Shown in pieces: positions 31,319 to 37,886 of a stretch of 43,577 bases of DNA. A program made the position numbers and the translations under genes. Source of the DNA: a virus. The notes beneath the pieces were generated by a model. It was not told the origin of the DNA. It made no database searches and was given only the letters and a program-made list of their open reading frames with translations. Location: the IMG/VR virus record IMGVR_UViG_3300045988_012481, positions 1 to 43,577 of that record; one strand, given 5' to 3'. Each line of letters opens with the position of its first letter. Positions within the stretch are counted from its first letter, which is position 1.

Positions 31319-31357
31319 AAAAAAATCGGGTGCGACACACTTACGCGCTTCGCACCC
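31319..31357 (-). terminator. Strong intrinsic terminator after the endolysin / before the cassette
   Basis: Minus strand reads GGGTGCGA-14 nt-TCGCACCC followed by GATTTTTTT. Confidence 0.85.
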
Positions 31358-31458
31358 TATAAAAACACACCGTCCCGTGCCCTCTACGTCAATACCCTAT
31401 GTAGGTTCATAAGGCTTCGAGGAGCGCAGGAACAATGCGTTTTTTCAATCCTGATAGT

Positions 31459-31486
31459 ATTATACCTCTTTTATGTCCGTCCGCAA
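31459..31486 (-). promoter_or_regulatory. Candidate promoter upstream of that terminator
   Basis: Minus strand TTGCGG (31486-81), 16-nt spacer, TATAAT (31464-59); starts right after the endolysin stop. Confidence 0.4.
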
Positions 31487-31487
31487 C

Positions 31488-32225
31488 TTAGCCGTAAAGG
31501 TGTGCACGGTCGTTGATAACCAGCAGGCGCAGCAGGTCGGTCGTCAGTGCCAGTTTGCCCTGATCGTCGCCTTGCAAAAAACCCTTGTTCACCAGCTTCT
31601 GCACGGTGTCTTTCGCCCACGCCGGGCATTCGGCAACGCTGTTGTATACTTTCTTTGCGCTTTCCGCTTTGCTGATCTCCTGCTTTGCGATTGCGCGGGT
31701 CTGTGCTTCCGTCATATCTTCAACCTCTTTCTCTGTCAGCATGGTTTTGAATTTCTGCCACAACTGTGGATTGCGTACCCACGGTTCGGGACAATTTTTC
31801 CTCGTCACATCATAGTGACGGCACACGCGCGATACCGGAATATGGTACTTTGCCATCAGCTCCCGTGTCAGCTTTGCTGCACGCTTCATGGTCTCTTCCG
31901 GGATAACGTACACGCCATTACGGATGACGCTGCACATTTCAATTCCAATAGAATTAGCGTTCCGGCAGTCGTTGTAGTAACTGCCGCCGCGCTCCCTGCC
32001 GCAATGCCATGCCGTGTCGCTGTCCTTTACGCTCTGCACAACGCCGTTCGGGTCTACAAAGTAGTGTGCACTGGCACGCAGTCCGCTTTCTCTTGCAAAA
32101 AAGTCTGCATTGTTCTGTGCCGTATCGCCGTTGTTGGACGTAAAGTGTAAGCAAATCCAGTTGATCGGGAACGAACGTCCCTTCTGATAGTTGCTCGGGT
32201 TGCAGCCTTTAAAAGTGATTTTCAA
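31488..32225 (-). CDS. Endolysin: N-acetylmuramoyl-L-alanine amidase (Amidase_2/PGRP type) with C-terminal wall-binding-like module; TTG start
   Basis: GAGGAG lies 8 nt upstream of the TTG at 32225. ...CLHFTSNNG...ASAHYFVDPNG...TAWHCG...NSIGIEMC. The C-terminal ~60 aa (AWAKDTVQKLVNKGFLQGDDQGKLAL) is SLH-like. Confidence 0.85.
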   Translation of the reverse strand: MKITFKGCNPSNYQKGRSFPINWICLHFTSNNGDTAQNNADFFARESGLRASAHYFVDPNGVVQSVKDSDTAWHCGRERGGSYYNDCRNANSIGIEMCSVIRNGVYVIPEETMKRAAKLTRELMAKYHIPVSRVCRHYDVTRKNCPEPWVRNPQLWQKFKTMLTEKEVEDMTEAQTRAIAKQEISKAESAKKVYNSVAECPAWAKDTVQKLVNKGFLQGDDQGKLALTTDLLRLLVINDRAHLYG

Positions 32226-32230
32226 TCCAA

Positions 32231-32554
32231 TCACTCCTCGTAAATAATCTCGATACCGTAGGCTTTTGCTGCCTCGTGTTCCAGTTTGCAGCCGCGTGCG
32301 TTCTCCCACCCTTTGCAGAAGTACGCAGCGTGGCACAGGCTCATGTTTTCGAGTGACTTTGCAAGGAAACACAGCGGGATTTGCACTACACCGCGCTCCG
32401 CCATGCTCTCTTTGCTGTACCACTCGTCCGTAAACAGGGTGTTGATAATCTCAAAGCCGCGTTCTGTCAGTGCTTTGATAGCACGTTCACGCGTTGCAAC
32501 AATTTCTTCATCCGTCTTGCCGGCCATCGGCTGAGATAACATAGCTTTCTTCAC
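32231..32554 (-). CDS. DUF4406 / nucleoside 2-deoxyribosyltransferase-like protein, copy 2 (107 aa), inside the lysis cassette
   Basis: MKKAMLSQPMAGKTDEEIVATRERAI...LAKSLENMSLCHAAYFCKGWENARGCKLEHEAAKAYGI. Paralog of 12435..12752. Confidence 0.6.
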   Translation of the reverse strand: MKKAMLSQPMAGKTDEEIVATRERAIKALTERGFEIINTLFTDEWYSKESMAERGVVQIPLCFLAKSLENMSLCHAAYFCKGWENARGCKLEHEAAKAYGIEIIYEE

Positions 32555-32555
32555 T

Positions 32556-32825
32556 TTATTTATCCTCCTTTTTCGGTTTCACATAAGTCAGCGCCGCCGC
32601 GCTGTCCGTCACGCCCGCCGTCGTCGGGTCGATGAACACCGCCAGCACCGCAAGGCACATGGTGCAAAGCTGCACCGGATTAGACAGCACCGAAACAATG
32701 CCGTCCCACACAGCCGCCCAACTCGTAAACGTCTGCGGGTCAACACCAATTGCCGTAATCGCCACGGACACCACGCCAACCCAAAACCACGGATTCTTCA
32801 TTCGTACAGGGATATTTACCTTCAT
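32556..32825 (-). CDS. Holin (phi LC3-type family as I recall it)
   Basis: MKVNIPVRMKNPWFWVGVVSVAITAIG...LAVLAVFIDPTTAGVTDSAAALTYVKP: two TM segments and the DPTTxGxxDS...Y motif. Confidence 0.75.
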   Translation of the reverse strand: MKVNIPVRMKNPWFWVGVVSVAITAIGVDPQTFTSWAAVWDGIVSVLSNPVQLCTMCLAVLAVFIDPTTAGVTDSAAALTYVKPKKEDK

Positions 32826-32829
32826 ACTC

Positions 32830-33156
32830 TCACCTCGCAATATGGTCTATAGCAATTCCTTCTAAGAACTGCTCGTATTCCTTCGTTGTCTTTTCAATAG
32901 CCGCAAGTCCTGCCTCTACCTCTCCGTTGCAGTGACCGCGCTTTAATGCCATTGCTACGCCAACGGTAAGCTGACAGTTTGCGTTAATCATTGCAAGCTG
33001 TAAGCGTCCCTCTTTGGCTCGTTGTTCCGCCCTCCGGTTTACCCGCTCCGATTCTTCCTTTGCTCTCTTATCACGCTTGCCGGACTGCGCCGCCATAGCA
33101 GCGCAGATAATTCCGGCAGCACCTGTGATAATGGTGCAGATAACTTCCGTCGGCAT
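32830..33156 (-). CDS. N-terminal-TM protein (holin-associated / XhlA-like?), 108 aa
   Basis: TEVICTIITGAAGIICAAMAAQ TM segment followed by a charged helical region. Located in the lysis cassette. Confidence 0.45.
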   Translation of the reverse strand: MPTEVICTIITGAAGIICAAMAAQSGKRDKRAKEESERVNRRAEQRAKEGRLQLAMINANCQLTVGVAMALKRGHCNGEVEAGLAAIEKTTKEYEQFLEGIAIDHIAR

Positions 33157-33158
33157 AA

Positions 33159-33365
33159 TCAAATCCCCAGCAGACGCTTATCCTCAACGCTGAGAAGTTC
33201 AGGCACGCCGGTCTGCTGTGCGCGCCAGTGCTTGTACTGAGCGCGCGAGAGCGCGTCATGCTTGAGGTTGTGGGCGTTATCGAACTTATCGAGCTGCACG
33301 CCCATGTCTCCGTGGTACTTCTTCACTTCTGCGTAGTTCTTGATGTAGATGTTGTTGGGATACAT
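33159..33365 (-). CDS. Hypothetical protein (68 aa)
   Basis: AAAGGAG RBS. Confidence 0.45.
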   Translation of the reverse strand: MYPNNIYIKNYAEVKKYHGDMGVQLDKFDNAHNLKHDALSRAQYKHWRAQQTGVPELLSVEDKRLLGI

Positions 33366-33400
33366 AACTTTACTCCTTTTCCGTTGTGTTTATCGTGTGC

Positions 33401-33556
33401 TTACTCCGCCGTACCGCCGAACTCAGCAGGCACAAGCTCCGGCATACCGCACTCGTCGATCAGGATTTCCGCTACCTGCTTCCGCAACTTCTTCGGCACC
33501 TGCTCAAACTCACACTTGCCGAGGATTACTCTCTGCGCGAACAAAATTGCCATCAT
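33401..33556 (-). CDS. CD1375-like small protein (51 aa from ATG 33556)
   Basis: MMAILFAQRVILGKCEFEQVPKKLRKQVAEILIDECGMPELV. This pattern is common next to tail-fibre and lysis genes of Firmicutes phages. Confidence 0.5.
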   Translation of the reverse strand: MMAILFAQRVILGKCEFEQVPKKLRKQVAEILIDECGMPELVPAEFGGTAE

Positions 33557-33599
33557 AATAACCGTCCTTTCAAAACGTTCTCGAATATTGTTGATTAAC

Positions 33600-33977
33600 T
33601 TACGCATAAACAATTTGCGCCATTTCCACGATGCAGTCCTCGTAAAAAGACTGCTGATCGGTCAGCGCAGCCACCTGCTGCTTAAGCATTGCGTTCTGCG
33701 CCGCCAGTTCTTCATTTTCTGCCACGAGGTCAGCCTTGCTTTTCTCGTTCGCCTTGGCTTCCCGCAGCAGATTGTCGTAGTTGGCTGTTACCTCGTCTAA
33801 CAGACCGGGTGTGTCATCCACCTCAGTAATGTACTCATCGTACACCCAACCGGTATGACCGTCCTTGTCTTTCTCCTGCTTGGCATTCTGGGTCAGCCGT
33901 ACCCACGCCCTGCCGGGCTTGTTTGGCATACTGCCTGCCGCAACCTCAGGCGGTTTGACATCTCCGTGCACTCTCAA
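33600..33977 (-). CDS. Hypothetical protein with C-terminal coiled coil (125 aa, TTG start)
   Basis: AGGAG lies 9 nt upstream of the TTG. ...GWVYDEYITEVDD...AENEELAAQNAMLKQQVAALTDQ. Confidence 0.5.
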   Translation of the reverse strand: MRVHGDVKPPEVAAGSMPNKPGRAWVRLTQNAKQEKDKDGHTGWVYDEYITEVDDTPGLLDEVTANYDNLLREAKANEKSKADLVAENEELAAQNAMLKQQVAALTDQQSFYEDCIVEMAQIVYA

Positions 33978-34204
33978 TTCGTACCACTCCTTTCAAATTT
34001 TGCACGCCCACTGGACGTACATATTTAACCATTATCGTTTTGCTGGCACACCATTTCAGCCGCCCAAGCCGACTAAGCAGTGCTTGTGCCATCTTTACCG
34101 ACACGCGCTCCGCGACGCGCAGACAGTCCCTGCTTAGATTAAAATTTATACTTTGAAACATGCCGGGGGTTGCGACCCCCGGACCCCCGGAGGGGATTGC
34201 GAGG

Positions 34205-35902
34205 CTACGCCTCGCACAGGAGACGCGCGGAGACGTTCGAGTACGAATCCGAAGAGGCGCCGTCCGCATAGAAGCACAACAGACCTGCATACGAGCCATT
34301 GCTCCAATCGCCACCAACATACAGCACGCGCCAGTCAGACGAGGAATAAACGTAGTCCGGGACGTAGGTTGTTCCCGAGCCACCAGACGTTTTCGGAATC
34401 AGTAAACCATTGTCGGTAACAGTCAAATCCTTAATCCAACCAGAGCCGGAAAGCGTGCCAATATTGGTGTAGCCGCTCGAGGTATTGTCCGCGTACTCAC
34501 TTGGGTCAGTACAGTAATACGCCGTTGTACCATTGGCGTTAAAGCCGTCAATAAACTGGTATACATTGCCCCACAGGTTTTCGATCCAACGGTACTGCAC
34601 TGCGGTTTTACCGTCTGTGCCGCTCGCGCGTCCCGTGTGATAGGTCATGCTGTCTGTGCCGCCAGAATTGATTGAAGAGGAATTATTAGTGCATCCTTGT
34701 CCAATCTTACTCTGACAGTTCCAATCCGCAAATTCGACGATATACAAAAAGATAATCGCACAATACGTTGCGAAATCGTACAAATGGAACTTTTGTCCAA
34801 TGCTTTTAGCTTTGTTTCTTGCCGTATCGCGAGTTATAGAGACAACAGGCTCTCCGACGCTGATGCTGTACCCTCCACGGGTCATGTGATACTTACCGAT
34901 ATATTTATTTGAACCAGGATGCTTTGTAAATCCACTTTTCGGCTTGTCCGAAACGTAGAAATACTGCTTTGTGCCGTTACGTTTCGCCGCAATATAGAAC
35001 TCCGGAATAAACACCATGGTAAAGTTATTAGAACGTGAGAACCCGCTGTCACCTTTCCATGCTGTCACAGCGCCTGCATTGTTCAGATTGCACTCTTTCA
35101 TGCCGCTCCATGGCATAAAGCTGTCAAACAAGCTGCTTCCAGAGCCAGTTCCGACAGCTGGAATTGGCTCAGTCGTCACCGACCGCGTAACCAATCCGTA
35201 AGGGTCGGTGCTCGGAGTTAAGCGCGTCAATGCGGTGCTGCTGTTGCTCGTATCCCACATCACACCGAACACGTTAGCATAACTCAGCGTCAGCGACTTA
35301 CTCTGACCGCTGGCGGTAATGCTTACCGTGCCCTCTGCTGTCTGATCACCCTTGATAGCCTTAATTGTCCAAGTACCCGCCTTACCGACGGTAAACACAG
35401 CCGTACCATTGCTTGTCTTGGTCAATACCGTACTGCCGAGCGTAGCCGTTACCGTTGAACCACTATCTACGGTTACGGTAATCGTACTCTGGAATTTCTC
35501 AAGCGTTACTGCAAGCGCCGTGTAATACGCCTTGGTCGTCACCTCGGCGGTGTAGGTCACGCCGTCCAGCACGCACGACAGCGTGTAGGTGGTATTGATA
35601 CCGAGTACGCTTACAGTTGCCGTCTTGCTGCTGTCCACTGTGCCGGTGTAGGTTTCACCGCCGCCCTTGAGCGTCCATGCCTGACCGACAAAATCAGCCG
35701 CAAACGTGATGGTGATGATTGAACCACCGCCAGAACTCGGAGCATTTACAGCGCCAAGTACATTGTCTTCTGTAAAACCTGCATACTGCCCTTTCTTGCC
35801 CTTGATTTTATCTTGCTTGTTATCCCATGTTCCCGACTTTTCAATTACTTTACCGACCGCAGAATCAATCTGTGCGCCGGTATGAGAGGAATTATAAGCC
35901 AT
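34205..35902 (-). CDS. Tail fibre / receptor-binding protein (565 aa)
   Basis: AAGGAGTGA RBS. N-terminal MAYNSSHTGAQIDSAVGKV is typical of fibre proteins, followed by Thr/Val-rich beta repeats. Last large structural gene. Confidence 0.7.
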   Translation of the reverse strand: MAYNSSHTGAQIDSAVGKVIEKSGTWDNKQDKIKGKKGQYAGFTEDNVLGAVNAPSSGGGSIITITFAADFVGQAWTLKGGGETYTGTVDSSKTATVSVLGINTTYTLSCVLDGVTYTAEVTTKAYYTALAVTLEKFQSTITVTVDSGSTVTATLGSTVLTKTSNGTAVFTVGKAGTWTIKAIKGDQTAEGTVSITASGQSKSLTLSYANVFGVMWDTSNSSTALTRLTPSTDPYGLVTRSVTTEPIPAVGTGSGSSLFDSFMPWSGMKECNLNNAGAVTAWKGDSGFSRSNNFTMVFIPEFYIAAKRNGTKQYFYVSDKPKSGFTKHPGSNKYIGKYHMTRGGYSISVGEPVVSITRDTARNKAKSIGQKFHLYDFATYCAIIFLYIVEFADWNCQSKIGQGCTNNSSSINSGGTDSMTYHTGRASGTDGKTAVQYRWIENLWGNVYQFIDGFNANGTTAYYCTDPSEYADNTSSGYTNIGTLSGSGWIKDLTVTDNGLLIPKTSGGSGTTYVPDYVYSSSDWRVLYVGGDWSNGSYAGLLCFYADGASSDSYSNVSARLLCEA

Positions 35903-35906
35903 GCCA

Positions 35907-36284
35907 TCACTCCTTCATGCAAAGAAATTCGTTTCCGTCCGCGTCGAGCATGGTTTCGTTGCTGTCAGACGGGATAAAGCCCCAGTTGTCGTTCCAACTG
36001 CCATCCATACCCTGCGCGTAGAGGGAAATGCGATATTCGCCATCGCCAGAGAGTAGGAAATCATCGTAGACCTCGAACTGACGTTGTGTTGCGGCAGGGG
36101 TCTGAGAGAAGGACGCAATGAGCGTCCCTCTCCCTCTGCCCCATTCCTCGCCGGACATCGTAGCGCGACATTCAAATGCCTTGTACGGAATGTCCGACTG
36201 AAATGCAACAATCACCTTGTCGAAGCCAGAAACCGCCGAAATCCTCTCTCCCGTGATGGAAAAAGTCAGATTCGGAGCTGCCAT
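35907..36284 (-). CDS. Tail fibre-associated beta protein (125 aa)
   Basis: TAAATG coupling. Domain style resembles the C-half of 36285..36947. Confidence 0.5.
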   Translation of the reverse strand: MAAPNLTFSITGERISAVSGFDKVIVAFQSDIPYKAFECRATMSGEEWGRGRGTLIASFSQTPAATQRQFEVYDDFLLSGDGEYRISLYAQGMDGSWNDNWGFIPSDSNETMLDADGNEFLCMKE

Positions 36285-36947
36285 TTACGCCACGCTCCAA
36301 GTACCGGCGGCGTTCTTTACGAACACCTTGACGATCTTCACGCCGTCGCCAGCGGATGCAGTTTCGAGGTCTGCGCCGTTGATAGTGACATTGATTGCAG
36401 TGTCGGCCTTGTAGCCACCTGCAGTACCGCTGGTGTTGGTAGAACCGGCAGTAACCGGAATCTGCGTACCGGCATTTTCAAGGCTGGATTCGCTCGGAAC
36501 AACCTTGATCTTGTATTCCTCGAAGTCCACGTTTGCAGAGAACGAGAACGCAGATACATTGAAGGTTGCCACCTTAGAAATCTTGCTCTTGTCCGGGCCG
36601 GTAATCGTAACAACCGGAACAGCGGTATCCAGCGTGATCTTCGCGGTAACAGTTGCGGTTTCGTTGCCTACGTCGTCTCGCACCTTAATAGATACGGTTT
36701 TCTGGCCGTCGCCAGTGGTCAGCGTGATCGCCTTAGACTTTACAAACGTAGCCCATGCCGCTTCGGCTTCCGTTTCCGCACCAGCCACGCCCCAAATCTT
36801 CATCTGGTAGCCGGTAGTTTCGGTATCCGTCAGACCGATCGTTGCCGTTACTGACGTACTGGTTGCATAAGCAGCACCGTTGTTCAGTTTGAGGGTAAGC
36901 CCGGCAGGAGCGGTCGTGTCCAGTGTTAAGTTAAAGAAAGATGCCAT
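36285..36947 (-). CDS. Ig-like/beta-sandwich tail structural protein (220 aa)
   Basis: AAAGGAGTG RBS. Two beta-rich repeats (TTAPAGLTLKLNNG...; TAVPVVTITGPDK...). Confidence 0.55.
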   Translation of the reverse strand: MASFFNLTLDTTAPAGLTLKLNNGAAYATSTSVTATIGLTDTETTGYQMKIWGVAGAETEAEAAWATFVKSKAITLTTGDGQKTVSIKVRDDVGNETATVTAKITLDTAVPVVTITGPDKSKISKVATFNVSAFSFSANVDFEEYKIKVVPSESSLENAGTQIPVTAGSTNTSGTAGGYKADTAINVTINGADLETASAGDGVKIVKVFVKNAAGTWSVA

Positions 36948-36950
36948 GTT

Positions 36951-37088
36951 TTACACTCCTTTTGTGTTTAATTCAAGGTAAAGGTAGGAACTCTTGCGGC
37001 GATAGAGCAATTCATCGCCCAAATACGCCTCGTAAATTCCCATCTTTCCTAAGAAATACGCGATAATGCTTTTGTCTCCGATATACAT
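36951..37088 (-). CDS. Small ORF (45 aa, MYIGDKSIIAYFLGKMGIYEAYLGDELLYRRKSSYLYLELNTKGV)
   Basis: GGGGTGA RBS. Fills the gap between two tail genes. Under 60 aa, so absent from the track. Confidence 0.35.
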   Translation of the reverse strand: MYIGDKSIIAYFLGKMGIYEAYLGDELLYRRKSSYLYLELNTKGV

Positions 37089-37092
37089 TCCG

Positions 37093-37734
37093 TCACCCCG
37101 TTATCAGATAAAGCACAGTTTCATCGTGCTTTTCGATTGCGTCATACTCTACACGGGTCAAGACGCGAATAGCGGAAACATCATTTGAAAACACGTTGCC
37201 ATGCCCACCGCCCGATGCAGGTACACCGGTATCTTCTTCGCCAATCCACCAGTTACCGTTGTCTCCGATGAAAGGCGTTAAGCCCTTGGCGGGAACGCCA
37301 GTATCTTCACCAGCGATAAACCAGTTGCCGTTTTCACCTACGGTCGGATAAGTGTTTGCAAGCTGCTGCATACGCTTTTCCAGCTCCGTAAATTCGCTTG
37401 GAATCTCAGCCCAATGCGCGTCTCCCGACATACTCGACGGCACAAACACCGTGATTTTGTTCGTGTGCTGTACCTTATCGCCTTGCGTTCCGCGCAGCTG
37501 CATGGTGTATACACCGGAGATAGCAAGCATTGGGGCGGTCAGAACAATAGACGCTCCGTTTTCGTCCGGAGTAAGCCGTAAGATGTCAAAATACGGTCCG
37601 ACGCTTACAAACATATCCCAGTCATATCCTGCGGGCAAATCACCGTGTACCGACAATTTTCTTGTGAGATTGTCATACTGCATAGCGAGGAAATCACAAG
37701 TTGATGTTAATTTCCAATCGTTGAAAAGAATCAT
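37093..37734 (-). CDS. BppU-like baseplate/fibre protein (213 aa)
   Basis: Internal repeat GENGNWFIAGEDTGVPAKG / GDNGNWWIGEEDTGVPASG. ATGA coupling. Confidence 0.6.
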   Translation of the reverse strand: MILFNDWKLTSTCDFLAMQYDNLTRKLSVHGDLPAGYDWDMFVSVGPYFDILRLTPDENGASIVLTAPMLAISGVYTMQLRGTQGDKVQHTNKITVFVPSSMSGDAHWAEIPSEFTELEKRMQQLANTYPTVGENGNWFIAGEDTGVPAKGLTPFIGDNGNWWIGEEDTGVPASGGGHGNVFSNDVSAIRVLTRVEYDAIEKHDETVLYLITG

Positions 37735-37886
37735 GTTCCGCCACCCTCCAATGCCGCGACACGCGCAGTCAGTGCGTCTAATGCCGCTTTGAGTGCATCG
37801 TTTCCGGCTGAGGTGTCGTTTACTTTATCGACTGCATTATCAATGTCCTCACCGCCGTACCGGCTTGTATAGTAAGTATCAGCCAT
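37731..37886 (-). CDS. Small ORF (51 aa, MADTYYTSRYGGEDIDNAVDKVNDTSAGNDALKAALDALTARVAALEGGGT)
   Basis: TAATG and ATGA overlaps with the flanking tail genes. Under 60 aa, so absent from the track. Confidence 0.5.
   Translation of the reverse strand: MADTYYTSRYGGEDIDNAVDKVNDTSAGNDALKAALDALTARVAALEGGGT

Noticed and set aside
31358-31452. Riboswitch in the leader upstream of the cassette terminator
   Set aside because: I could not match it to any consensus I know (preQ1, guanidine, c-di-GMP, ZTP and others). It is reported only as a possible attenuator.
33946-34383. 145-aa minus-strand ORF bridging the fibre gene 3' end; an internal ATG at 34161 would give 71 aa
   Set aside because: Its upstream part is an alternative frame of the fibre gene. 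The internal ATG has no RBS, sits right after a GC hairpin (34163-34182), and would overlap the next gene's start. It remains possible but is unsupported.
34205-35902. Diversity-generating retroelement targeting the fibre gene
   Set aside because: There is no reverse transcriptase anywhere in the genome, and I found no template/variable repeat pair.
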